Source of the DNA: Clostridia bacterium
GTDB taxonomy: Bacteria; Bacillota; Clostridia; TANB77; UBA1234
DNA length: 40,000 nt
Direction: 5' to 3'
Assembly (NCBI GenBank): GCA_016291695.1
Contig: JAEEYG010000082.1
Location: 20,631 to 60,630 of the forward strand
Part shown: positions 7,446 through 18,208 of the stretch, piece after piece
Numbering within the stretch: the stretch's first letter is position 1
Layout: each line of letters starts with the position of its first letter
Notes under the pieces: generated by a model
Database searches by the model: none
The model's input: only the letters and a program-made list of their open reading frames with translations
What the model was told of the DNA's origin: nothing
Translations under genes and position numbers: made by a program

Positions 7446-9377
7446 ATGTCAGACGAATTACAAGAAAACAAAAGCGATTTATTTTTAAATAGAAAAGATA
7501 TAAAAGATATAATTGCTCCTTCTGGATTAGATGCATCAGATATAGACAGATTAGAAATTTATTCTAGCACCATTAAAAGATATGCTAGGTGTCACTACAT
7601 TTCAGGAGTTCCTAGAATGGCATCATTCCCAAACTTCCTTCGTAACATGTACGACTTTGGAGATATTAACACATCTGTTTTTATCACTCCAATAGATGAA
7701 GCGGAATCGCAGGCAGACTTAAACAGGACAATTATTTCTCTTGAATCAGAAAGAATATTTGCCGCAAAACGTGGAGACATCAATAGAGAGCGTGAAACAG
7801 ATGACATGAAAATCGAAGTAGAGCGTATAAGAGACGAAATCGCGGCAGGATTTAATAAACTTTTTCAAGCATCTGTAGTTTGTACGTTATTTGCAGATAG
7901 CCTTGATAGTTTAGACAAACAATCAGAATTACTTACGATGGAGATGTCTAAGACATTAATCAACCTTAAGTCTGCATGGGCTAGACAAGAGGAGGCATTT
8001 AAGTCAAACTTGCCATACAATAGAAATTACATGTCAAATGTCAAACATACTTTTGATAGAGCATCTATGGCTACGGTTTTTCCATTTGTTTCTAGTGAAG
8101 TTGGACATCCAACAGGAGTTCCAATAGGATTTGATAAACAAACAGGATTACCAATTTTGTATAACAACTTCCATTCATCGCTTACTAACTACAACATGGT
8201 TGTGTTTGGTAAATCTGGTGCCGGTAAATCAGTTACTATAAAGACAATTACTTCTAGAAGTTCTGTTCTTATGGGAATTGAAAGCTTAGCACTTGATGCT
8301 GAAGGTGAGTATGGCGCAGTTGCTGAAGCTTTAGGTGGAATCAACGTTGTTATTTCGCCAAGTTCTAAAACTATTATCAACTTCTTTGATGTTGAAACAG
8401 AGGTTGTTAGAGATGAAATTACCGGAAAAGATAGAACAGTTTTAAACATTGAGAATAAAGTTGAAGACGTTACAAACGCACTTCTTACAATGGCTAGAGG
8501 TTCAACAAGGTCTGAAGATGTAAATGAAATCACAAAGCAAATCATAGCTGAGACAGTTGCGGAAGAGTATCAAGCTCTTGGAATAAACAACAATCCAAAC
8601 AGCTTATATGATGACGGAAGCATAGAACTTGGAAGTTCACTTTCTAGGAAAAAGAAAGAGATGCCTACAATAGGTTCTTGGTATTCTAGAATTCTTCAAA
8701 AAGCTTCCATGAACGAAAATATCGACTATCAATTCCATTTTAGTTACCTAACAAAAGTTATGAGGCAATATACAAGAGAATATGACGGACAAATGGCATA
8801 CTTTGATGGTCAATCTACATTTGACTTATTAGAGAGCTGCCCATTTATTAATCTGGATATTTCACAACTAGAAGAAAGATTTGCAAGACCATTAGCACAA
8901 CAGATTCTTCTTTCTTGGGTTTGGGAAAAGTACGTTAAGAAAAATAGTGAGGACAGAACAAAGGCTAGACAAAAGAGAGTATTAGTTGATGAGGCATGGA
9001 TGCTTTTACCATATCCGGAAGCTGTTGATTTCTTAAATACAATGGCAAGACGTGCCAGAAAGAGAAACGTAAGTTTAGCAGTTATTTCGCAGAAGTTCCA
9101 AGATTTCTATGAGAATAAATCTGCACAAGTTATCTTACAATCAGCAGATACAAAGTTGTTCTTGGCACAGGATAAATCAGAAATTGACTACTTACAAGAA
9201 GTATTCAAATTATCTGATGGTGAAGCAAGTTATTTGTTAACTTGTACTAGAGGTGAAGGACTTCTTAAAGTTGGAAATGAAACTGCAATTCTTGAAATAA
9301 GACCAACCGAAAAAGAATTCCAGTTTATTGAAACTAACGTTAATAAGCTTATGGCTCAAAAGGCTAAAACCAATTAG
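7446..9377 (+). CDS. virB4: VirB4/TraE-family T4SS ATPase
   Basis: 643 aa. Walker A GKSGAGKS and Walker B RVLVDEAWML. The N-terminal IAPSGLD...YARCHYISGVPR...SVFITPIDEAESQ pattern is typical of VirB4/CagE. Confidence 0.85.
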   Translation: MSDELQENKSDLFLNRKDIKDIIAPSGLDASDIDRLEIYSSTIKRYARCHYISGVPRMASFPNFLRNMYDFGDINTSVFITPIDEAESQADLNRTIISLESERIFAAKRGDINRERETDDMKIEVERIRDEIAAGFNKLFQASVVCTLFADSLDSLDKQSELLTMEMSKTLINLKSAWARQEEAFKSNLPYNRNYMSNVKHTFDRASMATVFPFVSSEVGHPTGVPIGFDKQTGLPILYNNFHSSLTNYNMVVFGKSGAGKSVTIKTITSRSSVLMGIESLALDAEGEYGAVAEALGGINVVISPSSKTIINFFDVETEVVRDEITGKDRTVLNIENKVEDVTNALLTMARGSTRSEDVNEITKQIIAETVAEEYQALGINNNPNSLYDDGSIELGSSLSRKKKEMPTIGSWYSRILQKASMNENIDYQFHFSYLTKVMRQYTREYDGQMAYFDGQSTFDLLESCPFINLDISQLEERFARPLAQQILLSWVWEKYVKKNSEDRTKARQKRVLVDEAWMLLPYPEAVDFLNTMARRARKRNVSLAVISQKFQDFYENKSAQVILQSADTKLFLAQDKSEIDYLQEVFKLSDGEASYLLTCTRGEGLLKVGNETAILEIRPTEKEFQFIETNVNKLMAQKAKTN

Positions 9378-9407
9378 TAATTTTTTAGAGTAGAGAGGAT
9401 GTATTGT

Positions 9408-11336
9408 ATGAAAAAGTCAAAAGTGTTATTGATAATGCTCATATTTTGTATAATACTGTCCTCTTTTGCGTTGGCAGACCCTGAAGACTCAGGAACACCA
9501 ACATCTACCCCCCAGCCACGCTGGCAAACAGGGCCACAAGGAGGAGCGATAGAAATAGCGAATCCTTCTCAAGAACTATTAATGCACACAGTAGAGAATG
9601 ATGAAGGAGATGTTATTGATAGATACATAGATAGAGGAACTCAAGATGACGGAACCGAAAGAAATAGGAATACTTTCGTAGTTACAGGTGACGGATATGG
9701 AGATAATGTAAGCTTTTATGTTAGAAAGAATGATATGTATGACAGATCGGGTGCATATGTTGTCAGTGTTCAAAATGTCAATGGGAATCCTGTAAATTTC
9801 GTTATTCAGAGGAAAGGTACGGATGGGGATGACAATTGGTATAATTTAAGAATGCTAGCATATGATAATCCGGATGGCACTTTAGAATTGTACTCTCCAA
9901 CTTCAAATTATGGTGGAAATGATGTTGTTGTGTGGATGCAACAAGGATATGAGTATAGAATTATGCCTATTGGTACTACTAGTTCTTCTCCATATACGAT
10001 TAACTTTTACAGAAACCCAGCGATTAATGATAATGTAACTTGTTATCAAACGAATAAAAGTGCTAGCAGAAGGACATGTGGTTCTGAGAGTGATACTAAC
10101 TTGGAGCCACTTATTGATGCCCCGGGACTATATGATGCTACTGGCAGAGAGTTAATAACAACTGATGGAAGACCAGAGGTTATTGATTTTGAAGGAATTC
10201 GTGCAAGCACTAATCCTTTTGAAAAAGCATTTAATGATTTGTTACTTCTTATAGGAGATGGAATAAAACATCTTTTGGATGCTGTTTTTGGAGAGGCAGT
10301 TACAGTATCTAAATTGATTTATAATAAAATAGCGATGGTAAATCCAAACTTTTTTGATGCTGCCTCAACTAATTCATTGGTCGACAACAAAATTAGGGAA
10401 GCCGTTAATAAATGGTTTATGTTCTTTAGAGGAATGGCAATTGTATTTTATCTTGTTGCATTTTTGACAATTGCTCTTCACGTACTATTTAGTTCGACAG
10501 GAGAAGGCATACAAAAAGCCAAAAACATGATGATGGATTGGCTTAAAGGGATTGCAATTTTATTTTTTATTCCAATAGTAATGAAATATACAATGGCTTT
10601 CAATGATGCTCTTATTAGGCTTTTGGTTCAAAGAAATACGGACTATTTAAGCCATGGAAAGTCTTTTAGTGATGGAATGTCATGGAGTGCATTCGAAATT
10701 AATTTTAGAAGTCCAAAGTATGTTTCAAAAAAAACAGGATATGTTCAATATTCGTCTGAAGAAGTTAATATGTCATATGTGGATAGGCTTACAGAATACG
10801 AGACGAACTTTGATCTTTTAAATATAATGAGAGCATTTGCTGGAGCAACAGGTCAAATTGGGTACTCGTTTTTGTGGTATGTATGCTTGGGACAATTAAT
10901 TACTTTTATGTTTATATATGTTAAGCGATTTTTTACGATAGTATTTTTAATTGCAATTTTCCCAATTACAAGTATGTTTAACGCAATTTCAATACTGAGA
11001 GGACAAAAAGGCATGCAAATGAATACGTGGATGAAAGAATTTATTTCAAATGTGTTCGTTCAGTTCATTCATGCAGTTGTTTATTCGTTAATTACTGGCG
11101 CATGTGTACAATTGTTATTTAGTACAGTAAAAGACGGACAGGCGGTAACAAAAATTAACTGGCTAGTAATGTTAATAGCAATTAATTTTGTTCCAGAGGG
11201 AGAAAAAATACTAAAGAAAGTGCTTTCTTCATTGAGTTCAGGTAACACAACATCTGGACTTTCAGACGGCTCAGGAAAAATTAAAAATGCAGTTAAGAAT
11301 GGCTTTAATCACATGAAAGGATTAGCAGGAAGATAA
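9408..11336 (+). CDS. VirB6-like polytopic membrane protein, paralogue A (signal peptide + beta-rich ectodomain + TM core)
   Basis: ORF 9399..11336 trimmed to ATG 9408. Shares the paralogue core motifs STGEGIQKAKNMMMDWLKGIAILFFIPIVMKY and WMKEFISNVFVQFIHAVVYS. Confidence 0.5.
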   Translation: MKKSKVLLIMLIFCIILSSFALADPEDSGTPTSTPQPRWQTGPQGGAIEIANPSQELLMHTVENDEGDVIDRYIDRGTQDDGTERNRNTFVVTGDGYGDNVSFYVRKNDMYDRSGAYVVSVQNVNGNPVNFVIQRKGTDGDDNWYNLRMLAYDNPDGTLELYSPTSNYGGNDVVVWMQQGYEYRIMPIGTTSSSPYTINFYRNPAINDNVTCYQTNKSASRRTCGSESDTNLEPLIDAPGLYDATGRELITTDGRPEVIDFEGIRASTNPFEKAFNDLLLLIGDGIKHLLDAVFGEAVTVSKLIYNKIAMVNPNFFDAASTNSLVDNKIREAVNKWFMFFRGMAIVFYLVAFLTIALHVLFSSTGEGIQKAKNMMMDWLKGIAILFFIPIVMKYTMAFNDALIRLLVQRNTDYLSHGKSFSDGMSWSAFEINFRSPKYVSKKTGYVQYSSEEVNMSYVDRLTEYETNFDLLNIMRAFAGATGQIGYSFLWYVCLGQLITFMFIYVKRFFTIVFLIAIFPITSMFNAISILRGQKGMQMNTWMKEFISNVFVQFIHAVVYSLITGACVQLLFSTVKDGQAVTKINWLVMLIAINFVPEGEKILKKVLSSLSSGNTTSGLSDGSGKIKNAVKNGFNHMKGLAGR

Positions 11337-11367
11337 TTTTTATAGATAAAAAAGTGAGGTGGGAATT

Positions 11368-13924
11368 ATGAAGAAGACGCATAGTAGAGTTGTTATAATA
11401 GCTATGCTTGTTTTCGTAATTCTTGCCGGCTTTTTTTTAAAAATAGGCAGTGTTTCTTATGCATCTGCATCACAAAGTGATATAAATGCGGCTGTTAGAG
11501 ACTGGTTGGGAAATCCACCTAATAGTAGTAATTATAGAGTAGATGAAAGAGAATACAGAGAGGGCAGAGTAAACTTTTTTGCATATGGATTACTACTTCC
11601 CAATTTACCTGACAATCTTATTTATACGGAAGGCGTAGGTCTGTCTTTTAAAGAAACTGATGAGGATGGTAATTATACCGGGAACACAACGATAGCCAAT
11701 TTGGCCATTGAACTCAATGTTAATGGAAAAATGATGAGGGTTCCAGTTAATGGTAATACATTGATTAGAACAGATGATGGCTATAAACTATTATTTGCAT
11801 CTGGAAAAACGAGTGTTGATGCACCTGCATATTATAAACCAGATGATGGTGGAAGAGCTGTATGGATATCCGGAGATAGAATTCTATTGTATGATGGAAC
11901 AACTGAAGCTTTCGGATATGAACTTGAAGACTTTGAGCATGTTAGTATTAGCAGGGTATATACTTATACTAATGACGAAGTAGATACAGCCACAAGTAAT
12001 ATTAGCGATGGAACCGCAGAGAATATTAGGAGAGATAGAGTAAGTAGGTCTGTTTGGGCCGCAATAGGAAGTTGGTTTGCTGAAATTTGGGAAGATATTA
12101 AGGCTTGGGCAATGGATAAGATATCTGGCATATTCAATGAACTATGTCATCCAATTGCCAAGACACTTCATGAACTAATAAATGCAGCATTTAATGGCAG
12201 AAAGGATAGATATATTACAATAGATGATATTGTATTTAATCGAAGTCCTAAGCTAGACATTAACTTCTGGGAAGAAGCGACGGTGCCTGCTGGAGGAATT
12301 CCACCAGTAAAACATTCGTTATCAAGAATAGTTAGCTTTATATATAATTATCTATCAGGACTAGCAATATTAGTTGCGATAATACTATTTTTGTATAACG
12401 GACTTAGAATTTTGCTTTCTAGTACCGGAAAAGGCCTTGAGGAAGCAAAGTCAAGAATGATTGATTGGGCAATGGGCATAGTAATTATATTCTTCTTCCC
12501 TTATGTCATGTTGTACACAGTAAAATTAAACGAAGCTATTGTAGGACTGATAGATAATCCGAATGGGACAAGCAGTGTCGAAACAGATGGCGTTGGTCTG
12601 GATACAATGAGATATATTGCAGCATTGTCAGGTAAAGATAAGTCAACAATAAACGTAACAACAAGAGAAGTTGATGATGAAGGAAATATTACTGAGAGAA
12701 CAATACGTCGAGTTGTAGATGGACTAAACAGTTTTCCACTTACAATAGTTTATTTAATAATGGATGGTCAACTTCTGGTGCTAATTATCATGTACTATAG
12801 AAGAGCATTTATTATCGGTTTTTTGATTGCTATGTTTCCAGTAGTAGCGGCCTATAGTCTTTGGGAAAAGATCCACAAGGGTAGACGGACAAGCGCTACA
12901 GCTTTGGATTAAAGAATATGTATCCACAGTGTTTATACAAGTAATACATGCAATAGTTTACTCGATTCTTGTTAGAGGTGCATTTGAAGCTTTTGATATG
13001 GAAAGTGGAAAAGGAAACTTTGTGCTTTATATTACTTGCGTAGTGTTCATGTTTAAAGCTGAAAAAATAATAAAAGGTTTGTTTAATATAAAAGAAACGC
13101 AAAACACTCTTGGAGATTATGCAAACGCTGGAAAGACTGGAATGGCTGCAGTATCTACTACAAGGCAATTATTCACTAGAAACAGACAAGAAGCAATGGA
13201 AGATCTTGAAGACACAGATGAAGAAAGTGATGAAGAAGAAAAGAAAGGAAATCGCACGAATATTCCTACTCCTGGAGCACAGGCCAATATTGAAGCTAAT
13301 AGTTCTAATCCACAGCCTGCTGGCGGATCTCCAAATGCAGGAGAAGGGGCTGAAGCTTCTGGAGAAGGGGCACCTGCTGCAGCTGGTAGTTCAGCTGGTT
13401 CATCAGGAGAAACAGAGGAACCATCTCATTTGGGTGCGCTTATGCCTAATATTCAAAAAGCTGCTAGAGTGTTGCAAAAGAAGGCTGCCAAGCCTAAAAA
13501 GAGAAATATTGGTCTTAGAATGCTTAACACTGCAGTGAGCGTTACTGCTAGAACTGCAGGTACGGTGATTGGAGCTGCAGCAGGCCTTGCGATGGGAAGT
13601 CCAATGGCTGCTTTAAGAAATGCTGCACTAATGAATAAGGCAGCGGGTACCTTCGCAAAAGGAGTTAATGGTTTAACAAATGGAATAACAGGTTATGCAG
13701 TTGGAAGATTCCAAGGCGCGAGAATGAGGTTTAAAGTTCAAAATGGTGAATTTGATGATGATCTTCGCGAAGCTGGAGTAGACATTGATGCTTTATATGC
13801 AGATAAAAAGGCTGAACTAATTAGAAAAGCATTAGGAAAATCTATGTCGGGTACAAGAAGAAAAGGAAAAGACGTTGGTGAATTAAAACTTGTTAAGACG
13901 ATTGAACGCGAGATTAGAAAGTAA
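11368..13924 (+). CDS. VirB6-like paralogue B; full length needs a +1 shift at CGG 12886
   Basis: The zero-frame ORF (11359..12912) ends 8 codons after CGG. ORF 12929..13924 is in the +1 frame. Reading CGGA as Gly gives ...EKIHKGR-G-QALQLWIKEYVSTVFIQVIHAIVYS, restoring the W-[LIM]-[KQ]-E...Q-x-[IF]-[HQ]-A-x-[VI]-Y motif that is intact in the other four paralogues. Confidence 0.6.
12886..12889 (+). other. In-frame CGG(A) +1 recoding site, VirB6-like paralogue B
   Basis: GGT AGA CGG A|CAA GCG. The zero frame stops after 8 more codons. The +1 frame restores the paralogue motif. Confidence 0.7.
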
Positions 13925-13955
13925 AGAGAATAAAAAGAAAAGGAGGGAAGAAGTA

Positions 13956-16900
13956 ATGGATAAAAACAAGAAAAAAAATAGAATTGTTGCATTAATAACT
14001 TGCTTTACTATTATCTTTAACTTTTTCTCTTCAATGTGTATAAGTTGTGCATATACTGTGCATACAATAGAGAGTACTATTGATGCCATCTTTGATAAAG
14101 CTTATGAGCTAGCCCCTAATGGTACAAACGAAATACTTGTTGGTAGAAATGATACCAGATCGGAAAGTAGAGAGAATGGACCCTTAACCCCAGACGTTGC
14201 TAATGGACATAATGGTGGGTTAATTCAAACAAATGAGATATATCGGATTTGCTTTTTATCCTACGCAAAGTGGATTATACAAGATTAAGGTCGAAGAATA
14301 TGTTGATGATAATTCACGAGAACCAGAAGAACTTAGATACATGGTATTTAGGAGCACGGCTGTTGAAGAAACAATAGCAACATCTCCGAATTCTCAGGGA
14401 CAGCTATCACTATTTAATTTCTTTATAATGGATCCAGAAGGTGAAGGTGACATTATAGGTGGTGGAAATCTTGGAATTGCGTGTGAACCTGTAAGAGGTT
14501 CTCTAAGAGATGATGGAAGGTTTCAGGACTCGGCTTTAATGCCTATTACTTGTCCAACAGAACCAAGAAAAGATCCACTAAGTACTTCTATAGACGTATT
14601 GCTTCTAAGACACAGATGGTATTTTATATATTTTCAAACTGAAGATTTCTTTAGAAAAACTTCTATAGGAAACAAGGTTAAAGTTACAATTGATAAGGAA
14701 ACGACAGGAAGAGAAGACTCTACTTTTACTGCTGATGTTTTTACGTATTATATAAATAGTAATATTCCAAGCTATTGTATTTCTATGAGAACGAGAGTAA
14801 TTCCTGACAGTCAAGCTCCGTTTATGAGAGTAAGCTATAATCAAACATTAACTGATGATGAAGGAAATACATTCGCAGCCAGAGAACTGAATTCGAATGT
14901 TATAGATGACTATATAAATAACTATATGGAAATTGAAGGAGAACCGGAGCAAAAGGCTAAAAATGGGAATTGGATTGAGGGACTTATAGGAAACCTTATT
15001 TTGTTCATTGGCGAAGTTATTTTAAGAATGATGGAAAATGCCCTTGGCCTAGAAAATGGTGGACTAACTACCGACAAACTTATTTTTGGAGAGAGCAGTG
15101 GTACTGAGACTGATGTACAACGTCAAATTTTTGGAGAGAGCAGTGGTACTGAGACTGATGTACAACGTCAAATGAAACCTGTTGTTGATTTGAGACCGTT
15201 AGGTGGAATTGGCCAAATCCTAGGCGGAGGTCCTAATAGTTTAGAACATCCAGTTGAAGGAATATTTGCTAATGGGGAAGTTAAGACGGCTGTTAGTGCT
15301 GTATACAGAGCTCTAAAAGCAATTGCTGTAGTAGTCTATATAATACTTTTTGTTTATGTAGCAATAAAGATATTGCTTGCGGTAGGAACACCTGGGCAAT
15401 CGAAGGCACTTAAAGTTTTAGAGTATTGGCTTGGTGGAGTAGTTATTTTAAATTTTGCCCCATACATTTTTCCAGCTGTTCCGTATTTGACAAATACGTT
15501 GTGCTATGCGATAAAGCATTCGTCTGCAGTTGAGGTTGCGAGTCAATACTCTGCTTCAGAAATTGCAGCAGCGTTAGGAAGCAATGTTCTGGTTTCTGAA
15601 GACGCTGGAGCTGTCAATACAAGAAGGATACTTAATAATAAAATAAGATTGCTTAGGGAGGCTCAAGGAGGAGGATATGATACAGGTAGAACTATAGATG
15701 AAAACTGGGATGAAGTAAATAGTAAAATAGATTTGATTACGTCATATATGAATGATGATAGTGCAAAAGAAGAATTTAGAGCTGATATGGAAAAGGGAAA
15801 AGAATATATAGAAACATGGTTTGCCAGATATGATGGTTCGAATACCACTGTGCTCCAGATAGGGAGCTCATTTTACACTTTAGCTCGTGTTCATACGGCA
15901 AATTATTATTTTAGTAAAATTGATCAAAGTTCGTCATCTGTACGATTTGGAATATATGACTGGCTTCATAATGAAGCTCAATTTGCAGATGTATATAGGG
16001 AATTATATGAGGCAATGAGAAATACAATAATGCAAAGGAGCATTGAAATACTAGAAAATATGAGGGAGTCGTTGACTGCCGATCCTATGGTTGCTTTAAA
16101 AATAACGTTTAAGGAAACTGATAAGCCAGTTTATGCAATAGCATGGTTTATGCTTATGCTACAAATGTTTTCAATAGTTTTCATGTACTACAAGAGGGTA
16201 ATAGTAGTAACACTTTTAATAGTTCTATTTCCAATTGTAATGGCGGTATATGTTATAGATAAAGTCGGAGATGGAAAATCTCAAAGCTTGAAAACGTGGA
16301 TTCAAGAATTTATTGCTAACTGCACAATTCAGCTTATACATGCATTGGTTTATATAAGTGTAGTTAATATTGGAATTCAAATTTGTAGAATATCACCTGA
16401 AAGGTATTGGATTTTCTTATTCGTAGCAATTTGCTCTATTTTCCCATGTGAAAGAATCCTAAGAGGAATTTTGGGATTAAAGTCATCAACGTTGGGAGAA
16501 TTAAAATTTAATATGGCGGGTATGATTGCTGCCACAGTTGCTGTTAGAAAAACTGCAAAAAATGGATTTAAGATGGGAACAAATGCATTTAAGGGTGGCG
16601 GAAAATTAATAAAGGATATAAAGAAAGATGGCATAAAGAAAGTTGCAGGTCAAAGGGCAAAGAAATTCTTAACCGGAGATGCGGACAAGAAGAAAGAAGA
16701 AAAAGATAAGAAGAAAAAGAAGAAGAAGGAGCGTCAAGAAAAAGTACGTGATAGTCGTTCTAAAGATAGAGATTACAGAATTAAGGCAATGGAAGATTCA
16801 AAGAAACGACTAAAAGAAGGACATCATCACGTCAAAGATTATGCAGCCGTTGTTAAAGGAACAAAGGCAGAAATCGGAAAGAAAAAGGAAGAGCTTGCAA

Positions 16901-18174
16901 ATAAAATTAAAAATGGAAGAGTTGCACAAGCAGGTCAAAGGCTTGCTAACTCTAAGCTTGGAAAGGCAGCTATTAAGACCGGTAAAGTTACAAGTAGAGC
17001 AGCTTCTATTGCAGGAAGCCACTTGAAACGAGGAGCAAACTTATATAAGAAGTTTGCTGGAACGGCATTTGGTCTTGTTAAAGGCATGGAGGCTCTTGGA
17101 GAAGGAGGATTTGCTAGCGGTGTTGTTACTGCAAGAAGTCAGGTTCATATGCTAGGAGGATTCAAGGATCAAAAGCTAGAAAAGAAAAAAGACGATAAGG
17201 AAAAGCAAGATGATAAGAGACCAAATCAATTACCTGAAGGGTATAAACCAGTGGATGTTAATAGTGAACAGCAAAGATTAGAAAATGAACAACAAGCATC
17301 ACAAGGTGGAAGCACAAGAGAACAAGCTTCACAAAGATTAAATGATGAGAGAGAAGCAATTAATGGTGGTGGACAGAATGCTGGTCAAAATACCGAAAAT
17401 GGAGAACAACCAGGTAATGCAAGTAACAATGAAAATGGTGCTAATGAAAATAATTCAACACCACCTGATGAAACACCAATTGAACAAAATGGAGATGAAA
17501 ACAATAATCAATCGGAAACATCTGAAGGACAAGAAGAAGGAAATAATGAAGGCACTTCAGGAGAGCAACAAGGAGAAGGTGGAAACGCTGAAGGCGCTCC
17601 AGGAGAGCAACAAGGAGAAGGCGGAAACAATGAAGGCGCTCCGGGAGGACAATTAGGAGATGGAAATCCAAATGAGAATTCTGATAATTCAGGAGAGTCT
17701 CCAAATGATTCTGAAGAAACTCCTTCTGGAAGTGAAGATGAAACAAATGAACCTGGAGAGGCAGAAGATGGAGAAGGAGACGGCTCTGAAGAAGATTCAG
17801 ATGACTCTGATGGAGATGAGTCTGATGAGTCAGAAGAATCTTCAGATAGTGGAGAACCTCGTGAGAATGAGGGAGAATCTCAAGCAAACTCTGAAGAATC
17901 ACCTAATGCTCCTCAGGGAACTGAGCAAGGTGGCGAAGCCAATAATTCTCTAGAACCTGGAGAGGGTTCAGAATCTGGAACGCCTGCTAATACTGGAGAA
18001 AATCAGCCAAACCATGTTCCGCAATCGGAGGGCGAATCAGCAGGTGAGGCTAATGCAAGCGATGACGAAGTTAGAGAATCTTCAGAAACAGGAGAAGATT
18101 CAGGTGACGGAACACCTCAAATAACAGACGAAACAATAATTGAAGAAGTAAATGATGATTCGGATGATGATTAG
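13956..18174 (+). CDS. VirB6-like paralogue C (about 1400 aa); needs a +1 shift at CGG 14244
   Basis: ATG 13956 follows AAGGAGGGAAG and encodes a signal peptide (MDKNKKKNRIVALITCFTIIFNFF...). The zero frame stops 14 codons after CGG. The +1 frame continues as ORF 14233..18174 with GTPGQSKALKVLEYWLGGVVILNFAPYIF and WIQEFIANCTIQLIHALVY, then a long basic and acidic low-complexity tail. Confidence 0.6.
14244..14247 (+). other. In-frame CGG(A) +1 recoding site, VirB6-like paralogue C
   Basis: ATA TAT CGG A|TTT GCT. The zero frame stops after 14 codons. The +1 frame stays open for about 1300 codons. Confidence 0.7.
15082..15171 (+). repeat. Perfect 45-bp tandem duplication inside VirB6-like paralogue C
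   Basis: atttttggagagagcagtggtactgagactgatgtacaacgtcaa occurs twice (15082-15126 and 15127-15171). It encodes IFGESSGTETDVQRQ twice. Confidence 0.9.
17560..17643 (+). repeat. Imperfect 42-bp tandem repeat in the acidic tail of paralogue C
   Basis: ggagagcaacaaggagaagg(t/c)ggaaac...gaaggcgctcc occurs twice. It encodes GEQQGEGGN(A/N)EGAP twice. Confidence 0.8.
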
Positions 18175-18208
18175 AAATAATTAGCTAGCATTGAAAGGAG
18201 GGATATAA

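Noticed and set aside
17342-17953. Alternative-frame ORFs (17342..17656 +, 17441..17902 -, 17660..17953 +)
   Set aside because: They lie inside the GA-rich acidic tail of paralogue C, where biased composition removes stops in several frames.
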